Numbered from the stretch's first letter, positions 29,101-37,994 are shown. The stretch: 64,000 nt of DNA from Bacteroidaceae bacterium (GCA_900770705.1 CAAGLF010000027.1:6784-70783), one strand, 5' to 3'. The notes: generated by a model not told the origin, from the letters alone. Numbers and translations are program-made.

Positions 29101-29178
29101 CTGCCCGAGGGCGTCTACGTGCTTCGTGTCCGCACGGCCGATGGTGTGAAGAGTGTGAAAATCAACTTGACAAAATAA
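26107..29178 (+). CDS. Secreted T9SS cargo protein: beta-propeller-like N-terminus + Fn3-like domains
   Basis: Signal peptide; seven IS[PND]xG..V.G repeats; W.AP...GY..Y/F Fn3 patterns; LYDASGR...LPEGVYVLRV...KSVKI CTD. Confidence 0.8.
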   Translation: MKKFFTLIAACAFTSVLSAQKPLVLMAPDVQVEYQISAISPNGMWVCGNVNDGEPRGFRWNLSTNDFMQLSAIGDHSTAMGISNDGTVVGSFYDAEATSNGTQAIAAGYWKDGTWHHLDLGGYVNDIDAGSWAYCISPNGRNIGGIACLDGKFLPVSWTDGRFNVYESQEGAVYAISDDGEMAAGWTLHPTARNRTACLWTPDSLLLNPSEWGPWSVAGSISANKRMVLAGTVLYDIEAQQLTRLPQDIGMGCEFAQVANSGNVVGYYLDSLRQFRGVYYKDGELLDMQTYLEAQGADLSNFTVLQCNGVSADERTFALMVYDTLEIPHPLVVKFDAETEFPAPVGLQAVQMPGLSTCKLSWKAPLVRAEAVTGYSIFRDGAHLADVGADTFVYYDALLAEGSYAYAVVANYGETSSEKIEISTAEIALSAAELPRNAAVVQANCTDVRLFWDAPAPNLPTLSYMEPTDKIFSFGGGENSFEFAVRFDKRDLACYEGYTIQDIQFIPMSEQKSWTVNIYEEGNATPIYSEEVSSAGFVYGALNAVHLTEAVSVPAGKDVIVSVAVDVTGFGGYDVVGVVFNRKTAGFTDLLRQVGEENFFSLYEQALVSETGAYEYAVTWPLCLSLRNASLKNAATLDHYNVYADGRLLTTTKECRHTLVGEAEGLHEYGVSATYKDGSTSPLATVQFDLRENPAYYAPAEPLLTTEGLQVQAAWEAPVANDRQTVSYALGEYYSAVSSSDNSYMAKTIYSRERLKYLEGYQIDALRFYPVADADYTLYLYKDGEEIFCESLDRETGYALEDWNEVKLPVPVTIEQNATYEYIIDCYDIADGEGALGIDDKLAFVGISDLYSTDDGASFLSMAQNGGSNHNWMMDLQVSSPDSQPIDVVGYDVLIDNVKDNAEPLSETAYTKTFPQAGTYQLAVRTLYDEAHTAQSRSLWFSLKATGIDRLDTQTFRLDRSADGAYLRVEGGVSQLDLYDASGRKAASAAADVLRLTHLPEGVYVLRVRTADGVKSVKINLTK
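27353..27415. repeat. 21-bp-periodic array, copy 6 (in-frame inside CDS)
   Basis: 27353 CCTCGGAGAAAATTGAAATTT, 27374 CCACCGCAGAAATTGCTCTTT, 27395 CCGCCGCAGAACTTCCGCGTA; encodes SSEKIEI-STAEIAL-SAAELPR. Confidence 0.7.
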
Positions 29179-29191
29179 TACGACAACGAAT

Positions 29192-31078
29192 ATGAAAAGT
29201 TTTTTGAAGGCTGTCATAGCACTCTGTCTGCTGGGCAGTGCATCCGGTCTCGGCGCCCAGACTTACTACGGGTACAGCAATGGCAACGTAGTGCGCAAGA
29301 GCGGTTACCGGTTCAACACAACGGGCGAGACACAGGGACTTGCCATCTACATCCCCGCCGAGAAGGCAGTCCTGCTCCGCGGAGCGAAAATCACCGGGAT
29401 ACGTACGGCGCTCGGCACGTCGCAGATTTCCAACTTCCGCGGCTTCGTGACGAAGAGTCTTGGCAGCGAGGATGTCCTGTCGTGTGACTTGCAGACCGTG
29501 TCGGGTATGACAAGCCTGAAAGACTATGCATTCTCCGAGGCCTACACCGTCGATGGCGAGGCTTTCTACGTAGGTATGACGTTCGAGGCCGCCGCATCGA
29601 CTGCCGCCCCGCTGCTCTTCGACTTCAGCAACGACCTGACCGGCGGACTTTCCTACGCCTTCACGGGTACGGACTGGAAGGACGTATCGTCCATCGGCCT
29701 GGGAGCCCCCAATCTGTACCTCGTGCTGGAGAGTGCGGCCGAGTTTGCCGACCTGATGACCAAGCCTGTGGCCACCGGCGGCTATTATAAGACGGGCGAA
29801 GACGTCGTGTTCAACGGCCAGGTGCTCAACTGCGGCACGCAGGTCATCGACAGTTTCGACCTCCTCTGCCGTGTGGGTGCCGCCGAGCCCGAGACGACGC
29901 ACGTCAGCGGCCTTGCACTGCAGCCTGGAGCCACCTACGACTTCTCCACGCCCGCCATTTCCGTGGCGCAGGCCGGCAACCTGCCCGTGCGCATAGAAAT
30001 CAGCCAGGTCAACGGCTCCACAGACGCCGAGCCCGGCGACAATGCTTTCGAAGGCACTGCTTACGTCTACCCCCAGGGCACTGTGAAGAAGGTGCTCCTC
30101 GAGTCTTTCACGGGGCAGGCCTGCAGCAACTGTCCCTCCGGCCACCAGTATGTCGAGTCGGCCATTGCCGGCAATGCCGACAGCTATGTGCAGATAGCCC
30201 ATCATTCCGGTTATCAGCCCGATGTCTTCACTACGGAGGAGGACTACGACTATATGTACTTCTTCTACGAAGGAAACCAGTTCTTTGCCCCTGCCGCAAT
30301 GTTCGACCGCCGTCCCGTATCGCCCGACGACGCCTCTGCCGTTTTCGCCACTACCGATGCCGAGAAGACGCGCCTGGCGGCCGCCAACTCCATCTTGGAG
30401 CAACCCTATGTTTCCATAGCTCTGGAGAACGACTACGACGCCGAAGCGCGCACGGGCAGCCTGCGTGTGGAAGTCTATACGCACACCACGGCCCCTGGCA
30501 GCGTACATAACCTGAACGTGGTGCTGACCCAGAGCAACTTCCTGGCCGCCGACGGCTATTCGCAGAGCGGAGCAGGCGGAAATTGGAGCCACGACCATGC
30601 GATGCGTACGGCCCTGACGGGAAGTTGGGGCGAGCAAATCGAGCTGGTGCCCGGACAAACGCTCACGAAGATCTACGACTATACCATCGGCGACAGCATT
30701 TCGTCGTCCTACTACGGTGAAGGCGTCGTGAATCTTGAGGCTATTCCCGAGAATATGGACTTCGTGGTCTTCGTCGGTGCCCTGTCGAACGACAAACTGG
30801 CCTGTCCTGTCTTCAATGCCGAGACTCTGGGCGTCACCGACCGCTATCCGGCCGCCATCGAGGGCATCACGTCCGACTTCCCCGCAGCAGCGTTCCGCTT
30901 CGACGGTCGCAGTCTCTCGGTGCAGGGCGGCTCGACGGCCGACGTGCTCGATATGAGCGGCAAGTGCATAGGCCGTCTGACTCCGGGCAGCAGTATGCGG
31001 CTCGACCGCGGCCTCTACGTGGTGCGCGTTTGCGACGGGCGTGGCAATCGGGCCGTCCGCAAGATCAGCGTGCGCTAA
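29192..31078 (+). CDS. Omp28-related T9SS cargo protein
   Basis: KVLLESFTGQACSNCP, IAHH.G, PAAMFDR, HDHAMR; CTD GLYVVRV...RKISVR. Confidence 0.82.
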   Translation: MKSFLKAVIALCLLGSASGLGAQTYYGYSNGNVVRKSGYRFNTTGETQGLAIYIPAEKAVLLRGAKITGIRTALGTSQISNFRGFVTKSLGSEDVLSCDLQTVSGMTSLKDYAFSEAYTVDGEAFYVGMTFEAAASTAAPLLFDFSNDLTGGLSYAFTGTDWKDVSSIGLGAPNLYLVLESAAEFADLMTKPVATGGYYKTGEDVVFNGQVLNCGTQVIDSFDLLCRVGAAEPETTHVSGLALQPGATYDFSTPAISVAQAGNLPVRIEISQVNGSTDAEPGDNAFEGTAYVYPQGTVKKVLLESFTGQACSNCPSGHQYVESAIAGNADSYVQIAHHSGYQPDVFTTEEDYDYMYFFYEGNQFFAPAAMFDRRPVSPDDASAVFATTDAEKTRLAAANSILEQPYVSIALENDYDAEARTGSLRVEVYTHTTAPGSVHNLNVVLTQSNFLAADGYSQSGAGGNWSHDHAMRTALTGSWGEQIELVPGQTLTKIYDYTIGDSISSSYYGEGVVNLEAIPENMDFVVFVGALSNDKLACPVFNAETLGVTDRYPAAIEGITSDFPAAAFRFDGRSLSVQGGSTADVLDMSGKCIGRLTPGSSMRLDRGLYVVRVCDGRGNRAVRKISVR

Positions 31079-31109
31079 GTCTGCTTTCCCACTATCTCCT
31101 GTTTCTACC

Positions 31110-31150
31110 GACCGCCCCTTTCGGGCAGATTTCTGCCGATGGGGGCGGTC
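31110..31150 (+). terminator. Hairpin after Omp28-related gene
   Basis: GACCGCCCC...GGGGCGGTC inverted repeat. Confidence 0.45.
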
Positions 31151-31282
31151 CGTTTCATACGTCTGCTGAGACTCCGTGCGCCATCGGGAAAATGCCTGCG
31201 GCGCATAGACAGAAGTCCATAGGGCGTGAAGATTCCTCCGTAGCTTCCGGCCTTCCGCCGCAGCCGTCTGAGCGCAGAACTA

Positions 31283-31380
31283 CAGGGCCGCCCCGCCAAA
31301 CTGCAAGGCCCGAAAAAATCGCTTTCTCCGTGGAAATCCGCACATTCTCCGAACTAATATCTCCTATCTACGGCAGCGCC
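31283..31380. repeat. 21-bp-periodic array, copy 7
   Basis: 31304 CAAGGCCCGAAAAAATCGCTT, 31325 TCTCCGTGGAAATCCGCACAT, 31346 TCTCCGAACTAATATCTCCTA, 31367 TCTACGGCAG; weaker in-phase unit at 31283. Confidence 0.7.
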
Positions 31381-31409
31381 GAAGCGGCTGCCGACATTGC
31401 TTAAACGAT

Positions 31410-33587
31410 ATGCGCAAAACGTTACTCCTACTCTGTCTGACGACGCTCCAGCTGTCGGCCCAGACACGCTTTTCGCCTGCCACGCGCCAACTCCTGCGTG
31501 CAGTGCAGACCGTTGTCCCCGCGCGCGACGCCACTTCCGCCCCCTTGCGGGCAAACAGCGCGGTAGAACGCCTCGTTCCTGCCTACCTGCAAGTGACACC
31601 GACTGCCTCCCGCAGCCAGCTTGCCGAGCTGGGCGTGCGCGTCAACCTTGATCTCGATACGCTCCTCACGGTACAGTTGCCGCTCTCAGCCTTCGAGCGC
31701 CTGTCCGAGGTAGAGGGCGTGCGCTATGTGCAGACCGGTACCACGGTCTACCCGCAGCTCGACCGCGCCAAGGCAGAAACCGGCGTCGACCGCCTGCAGG
31801 GCGGAACGGATGCCGTGCTTGGCCGCGCCTATACGGGGCAAGGCGTCGTCATCGGCGTGGTAGACGCCGGTTTCGACTACACCCATCCCGCTTTCTATAC
31901 GGCCGATGGCACTATTTTGCGCCTGCGCCGCGTTTGGGAGCAGGCCACTACAATCGGCACGCCGCCCGAGGGATTCACCTACGGTTCCGAGTTTACTACC
32001 CCCGAGGAACTGCTGAGATATATGGGCGACGTCACCGGCAACTCCCACGGAACGCACGTTGCCGCGATGGCTGCCGGCGCCTACTCGGCCGAAGACGCCC
32101 CTTACGCCGGCGTGGCCCCCGAGGCCGACCTCGTATTTGTCAGCAAGGGCGACGTGACGGAAAACAACGTGAACATATCCGACGCCATCGCCTACATATT
32201 CCGCTATGCCGACGAGGTGGGCAAGCCCTGCGTGGTCAACCTCAGTCTGGGCAACCACCTCGGTCCCCACGACGGCACGTCCGCTTTCGATATCGTGGCC
32301 GACGGCCTGCAGAGCGAGGGGCATCTGCTCGTTGGCTCCGTGGGGAATTTCCGCAGGTATCCGCTCCACGTGTCCAAGGTCTTTGCAGGAGCCACGGATG
32401 AGCCGTTGCGCACGCTGGCCGACTACTTCGCATCGCCTTCCTACAGCAACTGCGGCGGCGACGTCGACGTCTGGGGCGAGAAGGGTATGGAGTACGATGT
32501 GCAGGTAGTGGTGCAGAATCTCTCGGCCGACACCACTGTCATCGCTTCCGAGGCGATACACGTGGGAGAAGGGGAGGGAACCTCCTATACCTTCAGCCTG
32601 AACAAGTCTTCCAAGGGAAAAGTCTACATCGACACCGAGATCAACCCCCTCAACGGCAAGCCCCACGCGCAGATAGCCCTGCGCGCCACCACGCTCAAGG
32701 CCGGGCATACGCTGGGGCTGGTCATCACGCCGCGTACGGCCGGCCGCGTCGACGCTTGGGCGGACGGCGCGTATCTGGCCTTGGGCGACGGCGGACTTTC
32801 CACGTGGACACCCGGCGATACAGACCGCACACTGGCTGAAATCGGCGGCACCGGCAAGCGTATCATCTCGGTAGGTGCCTATACCACCCGCGACCGCTTC
32901 CTCGCCGAGGGCACCGCGGGCGACTCCGTGGCCACGGGCGAGACGCTTCACGCCCTGGCGAGTTTCTCCAGCGGCGGACCCGCCCTCGACGGACGTATGA
33001 AGCCCGAAGTATGCGCCCCGGGCTCCTACATTATCTCCGCCCTGTCGTCCCACGACGGCTATGTGGGCACGTATTACCCCGTGGCCCGCACCGTGACCTT
33101 CGGGGAAAAGAATTATACCTATGGCTATATGCAGGGTACCTCGATGGCCGCGCCGTTTGTCACGGGCGTGGTAGCCACCTGGCTGGAGGCCAATCCGCGG
33201 CTTACGCCCGAACTGCTGCGTACCGTCCTGTCTGAAACGTCGCGTACCGACACGTTCACAGCGGTCGGGCAGGAAGGTGCAGACTGGGGCTTCGGAAAAA
33301 TCGATGCCTACGCCGGACTATGCAGAAGTCTGGAGCTGGTGGGTATCGACACGCCGCAAGTGTCTGCTGATGCCGCCGTGCGTTACGACGCCGGCCGCGG
33401 CACGCTGCTCTTCGCCGCTGCCGTGCCTTCGGCCGACCTCTGTGTCTACCACTCCGACGGCCGCCTGCTCTTCCGCCGTGCGCTCACCGATGTTCGTGCC
33501 GGCTCGGAAGTGGCGCTGCCCCTGTCCGCACGCGGCCTCTACATCGTGAGAGTGGGCAACGGCACGAGCCTGAAAATCCTGAAGTGA
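31410..33587 (+). CDS. S8 (subtilisin-like) peptidase with inserted domain and T9SS CTD
   Basis: Triad VVDAGFD / HGTHVA / QGTSMAAP; signal peptide; CTD GLYIVRV...KILK. Confidence 0.92.
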   Translation: MRKTLLLLCLTTLQLSAQTRFSPATRQLLRAVQTVVPARDATSAPLRANSAVERLVPAYLQVTPTASRSQLAELGVRVNLDLDTLLTVQLPLSAFERLSEVEGVRYVQTGTTVYPQLDRAKAETGVDRLQGGTDAVLGRAYTGQGVVIGVVDAGFDYTHPAFYTADGTILRLRRVWEQATTIGTPPEGFTYGSEFTTPEELLRYMGDVTGNSHGTHVAAMAAGAYSAEDAPYAGVAPEADLVFVSKGDVTENNVNISDAIAYIFRYADEVGKPCVVNLSLGNHLGPHDGTSAFDIVADGLQSEGHLLVGSVGNFRRYPLHVSKVFAGATDEPLRTLADYFASPSYSNCGGDVDVWGEKGMEYDVQVVVQNLSADTTVIASEAIHVGEGEGTSYTFSLNKSSKGKVYIDTEINPLNGKPHAQIALRATTLKAGHTLGLVITPRTAGRVDAWADGAYLALGDGGLSTWTPGDTDRTLAEIGGTGKRIISVGAYTTRDRFLAEGTAGDSVATGETLHALASFSSGGPALDGRMKPEVCAPGSYIISALSSHDGYVGTYYPVARTVTFGEKNYTYGYMQGTSMAAPFVTGVVATWLEANPRLTPELLRTVLSETSRTDTFTAVGQEGADWGFGKIDAYAGLCRSLELVGIDTPQVSADAAVRYDAGRGTLLFAAAVPSADLCVYHSDGRLLFRRALTDVRAGSEVALPLSARGLYIVRVGNGTSLKILK

Positions 33588-33604
33588 CTTCCTCCGCAGA
33601 ACGG

Positions 33605-33683
33605 CTGCGGACATACGGAAAATTATAAGGGCGAAAGGAAAAACTTTCGCCGCGAAAATCAAAATTATCTCCGAGGTTCTGCC
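33605..33683. repeat. 21-bp-periodic array, copy 8
   Basis: 33605 CTGCGGACATACGGAAAATTA, 33626 TAAGGGCGAAAGGAAAAACTT, 33647 TCGCCGCGAAAATCAAAATTA, 33668 TCTCCGAGGTTCTGCC. Confidence 0.8.
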
Positions 33684-33719
33684 CGCGGCAGCCTGCTCGG
33701 GCCGGCCTCTTCCACAGAA

Positions 33720-34934
33720 ATGAAAGACTCTCTCCTCTCCCGCAACGGCAGGAACTACCTTGCGCCGTTCGTTCTCATCACTTCGCTCTTCTTCCTGTGG
33801 GGTTTTGCCCACAGTATCCTCGATGTGCTGAACAAGCACTTCCAGGTGGTGCTCGACATCGGTAAGGCGCAGTCCGCGCTGGTGCAGGCCGCCGTCTACG
33901 GAGGCTACTTCCTGATGGCACTGCCTGCCGGCGAAATCATACGTCGGCGTGGTTATCGATTCGGGGTGCTGACCGGCCTGGCTCTCTATGGCTTCGGCGC
34001 GCTGATGTTCGTGCCCGGCTCATATCTGATGTCCTTCCCCTTCTTCATCGCCTCGCTTTTCGTCATTGGCTGCGGCCTGACGTGTCTGGAGACGGCGGCC
34101 AATCCGTATGTCACGGAGCTGGGTGCCCCGTCCGCGGCCGAACGCCGCATTAATCTGGCACAATCCTTCAATGGCTTGGGCTGGATGGTCGGTCCCTTGG
34201 TGGGAGGCCTGCTTCTCTTCGACGGAAGCGACACGGGGGGCAACATCGCCCTGCCTTACGTCATCATCGGTGTGGCTGTGTGGGTGGTGGCCGGCCTTTT
34301 CTACCGTGTGGAGCTGCCTGAACCCGCGGAAGCGCAGCCCGCAGCGGCTGCGGATGAACCGGCGGCCGCGGGAGGCCTGTGGAGCCGGCCGCATTTTGCG
34401 TTGGGCGTGGTGGCCCTGCTGCTTTATGTGGCGGCGCAGACCGGTATCAACAGCTTCTTTATCAATTTTGCCGAGGAAAATTCGCCGCTCACGGCGCGCG
34501 ATGCCTCGCTGGTGCTCTCTTTCGGCTGTATGGGCCTGTTCCTCGTGGGAAGAATGGCCGGCAGCTGGCTGATGAAGTACGTCCGGCCCGTGCGCCTCGT
34601 TCTGGTGCTTGCGCTTGGGGCTATGGCGACGATGTTGGGCGTTACGTTCGTGGGCGGATGGGCCGGCTTGGCCCTCTTCCTGCTGTGCTACCTGTGCGAG
34701 AGCGTGATGTTCCCCACGCTGTTTGCCTTGAGCATTGCCGGGCTGGGGCAGCAGACCAAGCGGGCGTCGTCCTTCCTGATTATGAGTATCGTGGGAGGCG
34801 CCATTGCCCCTGTGGGAATGGGACTGGTGGCCGACTGTTTCGGCTGTATGCAGCCTGCATTCTTCATTCCCGCCCTCTGCTTCTTCGGCATTGCCGCCTA
34901 TTGCTCCGCTTATGGCCGGCTGAAGCGGGCGTAG
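33720..34934 (+). CDS. FucP/GluP-family MFS sugar:H+ symporter
   Basis: SLFFLWGF, LETAANPY, RINLAQSFNGLG, SVMFPTLF, MSIVGGA. Confidence 0.9.
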   Translation: MKDSLLSRNGRNYLAPFVLITSLFFLWGFAHSILDVLNKHFQVVLDIGKAQSALVQAAVYGGYFLMALPAGEIIRRRGYRFGVLTGLALYGFGALMFVPGSYLMSFPFFIASLFVIGCGLTCLETAANPYVTELGAPSAAERRINLAQSFNGLGWMVGPLVGGLLLFDGSDTGGNIALPYVIIGVAVWVVAGLFYRVELPEPAEAQPAAAADEPAAAGGLWSRPHFALGVVALLLYVAAQTGINSFFINFAEENSPLTARDASLVLSFGCMGLFLVGRMAGSWLMKYVRPVRLVLVLALGAMATMLGVTFVGGWAGLALFLLCYLCESVMFPTLFALSIAGLGQQTKRASSFLIMSIVGGAIAPVGMGLVADCFGCMQPAFFIPALCFFGIAAYCSAYGRLKRA

Positions 34935-34956
34935 TGCCGCCGCTTCCGAGCGTCAT

Positions 34957-35032
34957 ACGGCAGAAGCCGGGAATGGCAGCCCCGATTTTCAGCGTGGATA
35001 CGCTTCGGGCAACCATTCCCGGCTTCTGCCGT
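34957..35032. terminator. Long hairpin between convergent MFS and Fur-family genes
   Basis: Perfect 20-bp IR ACGGCAGAAGCCGGGAATGG (34957-34976)/CCATTCCCGGCTTCTGCCGT (35013-35032). Confidence 0.6.
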
Positions 35033-35121
35033 TCTGGTGGTGGGTATGGAGGTGGATGTGGAGGGGCGCCAGCCGGAGCGGGGACGTATGGGCAAAGGCA
35101 GGGGGTAGCGGCTTCGGCGCT

Positions 35122-35607
35122 TCATTCCCCGGACTCCGCTTCCCCTTCCGGCCGGGGAGCACGGAGGTTCGCCCCCCGTCGGGCGCAGTCGGCGCAGATG
35201 CCTTTCAGCACGTAGCCAGCCGAGCGGATCCGGAAGCCTTCGGGCAGTGGTACCTGCGGTACCGGCAACGACTTCAGGCAGAGCGTGCGGCGGCAGTGCT
35301 CGCAATAGAAATGCGTATGCAGGTCGAGCATGGCCTCGTCGCTCTCTTCGCCGCAGTGGCACGTGTCCTCGCAGCGTGCATATTTGCTTTGGCCCGTTCC
35401 GTCTTCGACTTCGTGTACCAGATGGTGTTGCAGGAAGAGCGTGAGCGTGCGGAAAATGCTGCTCTTGTCCACGGTCTGCAACCTGCCTTCGAGGGCCGAG
35501 AGCGAGAGGGCCTCGCCGTCGGCCTTGTCGAGGGCCTTGAGTACCAGTAGGCGGATGGCCGTGGGGCGGATGCCGCGTTCGGTGAGAGTATGTTCGTAGG
35601 AAGTCAT
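35122..35607 (-). CDS. Fur-family transcriptional regulator
   Basis: GIRPTAIR, DKSSIFRTL..F, HTHFYCEHC, GICADC; TATTTTTG -7 box at 35641-35648 (minus). Confidence 0.9.
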   Translation of the reverse strand: MTSYEHTLTERGIRPTAIRLLVLKALDKADGEALSLSALEGRLQTVDKSSIFRTLTLFLQHHLVHEVEDGTGQSKYARCEDTCHCGEESDEAMLDLHTHFYCEHCRRTLCLKSLPVPQVPLPEGFRIRSAGYVLKGICADCARRGANLRAPRPEGEAESGE

Positions 35608-35756
35608 TTGTCTGCGGGCGTTGTGAAGTGCTGCCGGCTGCAAAAATAGCGATTTTCCGGTGTCGGCGCAAGCGTCGGGGCGGATGTTGCGCTGCCGGCT
35701 CCGTTTTTCCGCCCTCGGGGCGCGCCCGTTTTCCGGCAGGCAGGACAACGGCGCAA

Positions 35757-35838
35757 CTTCCGGCCCCGCAGGAAAAACTGTGGGGCCGGAAGGAAAAATT
35801 TCTGCCGCAGTAGGAAAAAGTGGGGGCGCGGTTCTTCC
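35757..35838. repeat. 21-bp-periodic array, copy 9
   Basis: 35760 CCGGCCCCGCAGGAAAAACTG, 35781 TGGGGCCGGAAGGAAAAATTT, 35802 CTGCCGCAGTAGGAAAAAGTG; 15-bp IR (1 mismatch) with loop GAAAAA. Confidence 0.75.
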
Positions 35839-36087
35839 GCCTTACTCCGCGGCCGTGTCTTCCCGCCCCCTGCCGGGTCAGCCGCGTGCGGCCCCTGCCG
35901 GTGTTTCGTCGCAGGGAAGAGGGCGGAGGGGCGACTGTAACGCCCCATTTCTATATCCTTATGACAAAAAAAAGGGCTTTCGCGTGGTCGTTTCGGTCAA
36001 AATGGCTAATTTTGCGCGCAATTACAAAAGCCGGATTAGGCACGACTAAAAATTATTTTATCCATTTACATCCAAAAAAGATTTGTT

Positions 36088-36801
36088 ATGAAGAAAATGA
36101 AGTTCACTGCACTGCTGATGAGTGCAGCCCTGTTGCTGAGCAGCTGTGGCTCGACGTCCAACACGGCCAAGGGTGGCATTATCGGCGGCGCTAGCGGCGC
36201 TGCCATCGGCGCTTTGGTAGGCCAGCTCATAGGCAAGGGTAAAGGTGCTGCCATCGGTGCTGGCGTAGGTGCCGCAGTAGGCGCCGGAGCCGGCGTGCTG
36301 ATCGGCAACAAGATGGACAAAGCCAAGAAAGAGGCTGAGAAGATACAGGGCGCGCAGGCCGAACTGCTCACCGACGGTCAGGGCGTTTCGTATGTCAAGG
36401 TGACTTTCGACTCCGGCATACTCTTCTCGTCGGGCAAGGCGGCCCTGACGGCTACCGCCCAGCAGTCTCTGGCCCAGTTTGCCCAAAATGTGTTGACCTC
36501 TGATATGGATCTCGCCATCGTGGGCTTCTCCGACAACGATCCCTGGAAGGGTTGCACCGCCGAGCAGAGCCAGCAGAAGAACAAGGAGCTTTCCCTGCAG
36601 CGCGCACAGAGCGTGAGCACCTATCTCCAGCAGAAGGGCGCTACCGCCAGTCAGATTAAGTACGTGGAAGGTTTGGGCGAGGAAAAACCCGTGGCCGACA
36701 ACTCCACCGCTGAGGGCAAGAAGCAGAACCGTCGAGTAGAGGCTTACATCATTCCTTCGCAGGAAATGATTCAGAGCGCGAACAACGGCACGCTCAAGTA
36801 A
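36088..36801 (+). CDS. OmpA-family lipoprotein with glycine zipper
   Basis: Lipobox LLSSC, glycine zipper, NKELSLQRAQSV, QNRRVE; TAATTTTG -7 box at 36007-36014. Confidence 0.93.
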   Translation: MKKMKFTALLMSAALLLSSCGSTSNTAKGGIIGGASGAAIGALVGQLIGKGKGAAIGAGVGAAVGAGAGVLIGNKMDKAKKEAEKIQGAQAELLTDGQGVSYVKVTFDSGILFSSGKAALTATAQQSLAQFAQNVLTSDMDLAIVGFSDNDPWKGCTAEQSQQKNKELSLQRAQSVSTYLQQKGATASQIKYVEGLGEEKPVADNSTAEGKKQNRRVEAYIIPSQEMIQSANNGTLK

Positions 36802-36836
36802 GCGCCTGCCGCTCCTGACGGCACGCCTGTCGAAAA

Positions 36837-36881
36837 AAGAGGCGCGGCCCGGCATCCTTCGATGTCGGGCCGCGCTTTCTT
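36837..36881. terminator. Bidirectional terminator after OmpA gene
   Basis: GCGCGGCCCGGCATC-CTTC-GATGTCGGGCCGCGC hairpin flanked by A-rich and T-rich runs. Confidence 0.7.
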
Positions 36882-36944
36882 GTGGGCAGCGGGGGGGAAA
36901 TCTGCGGGGGGCAGGGAGGCTGAGGGCCCTGGCCGACAGGGCTT

Positions 36945-37862
36945 TCAGCTTGCTCCGTCCACCTGTAACTCCAGTCCGTCGTAGGCAAAGTGCACGTGGG
37001 CGGGCAGTCGTGCCGCACTGTCGGCATACAGGCCTGCTCCGTGCGACAGGTGTGTGAGGTAGACTTCCCTGGCACCTATCTGCTCCGCCATGGCGATGGC
37101 CTCGCCGATGGTCTGGTGCGAGTGGTGCGGACGGAAGCGCAGTGCCCCGACGATGAGTGTGTGCACTCCGTGCAGCTGCTGCAGGTCGAAGTCGTCCATA
37201 CGTTTGACATCGGTGATGTAGGCGGCCTGTCCGAAGCGATAGCCGAGGATGGGCATTCTCCCGTGCCATACCCGCAGCGGCGTGACGCGGAGACTGCCTG
37301 CCTCAACGTGCTCGTAGGGCGCAATGGCGTGGAGCTGCAGGGCCGGCACGCCGGGGTATTTCTGTTCGGCAAAGCAGTAGGGAATGCGCTGGCGCAAGTC
37401 GTCAAGCACATCGGCCTCGGCGTAGATGTCGACGTCGCCGAAGACGGCAAAAGGCCGCAGGTCGTCGAGCCCGGCCACGTGGTCGAAATGCTTGTGGGTG
37501 AGGAAAAGTCGATGGATGGGCATTAACGCCATCGGAGGCTGCTCTGCCAGTTCCCTGCGTACGGCCTGCACGTCTGTTCCGGGCGGAAGGGGCATTTTCG
37601 TGAGGTCGGCGGGCTGCAGGAGTCCGGGGTGTGCGTGCAGCAGGCGGCACATCTGTTGCCGGAAGTCGGGTCCGCAGTCGAAAAGCAGGTTCTTCCCCTC
37701 CGTTGTGCAGACGAAGAGAGAACTGCGCAGGCGGTTGTCGCGCTTATCGGCGGAGCAGCATACCGCGCAGCGGCAACCCAGTTGCGGGACGCCTGTGCTT
37801 GTGCCGGTGCCGAGGAAGAAAATCCGCAGTCCGGGCTGCTTCGGAGGCGGGGTGGATGGCAT
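36945..37862 (-). CDS. MBL-fold metallo-hydrolase (PhnP-like)
   Basis: LGTGTSTGVP..GC.C..C, DCGPDFRQQ, THKHFDHVAGLDDLR, THLSH. Confidence 0.9.
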   Translation of the reverse strand: MPSTPPPKQPGLRIFFLGTGTSTGVPQLGCRCAVCCSADKRDNRLRSSLFVCTTEGKNLLFDCGPDFRQQMCRLLHAHPGLLQPADLTKMPLPPGTDVQAVRRELAEQPPMALMPIHRLFLTHKHFDHVAGLDDLRPFAVFGDVDIYAEADVLDDLRQRIPYCFAEQKYPGVPALQLHAIAPYEHVEAGSLRVTPLRVWHGRMPILGYRFGQAAYITDVKRMDDFDLQQLHGVHTLIVGALRFRPHHSHQTIGEAIAMAEQIGAREVYLTHLSHGAGLYADSAARLPAHVHFAYDGLELQVDGAS

Positions 37863-37994
37863 GGGAAAAGGGGGTGGGGATGTAAGGAAAAGTCCGGAGG
37901 CGGAAAAAAAAGGATTTCTGCTGGGGCCAGGCTGCTTGCTGCAGCGGTCTGGCTGTTCTTCCGCCCTGGTCATAAAACGATGCGGGGCGGTGCG

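Noticed and set aside
37874..37920. Possible further 21-bp array between murB and the MBL hydrolase gene
   Set aside because: Two purine-rich units in phase but cores are atypical and the third is 2 nt off; left uncounted
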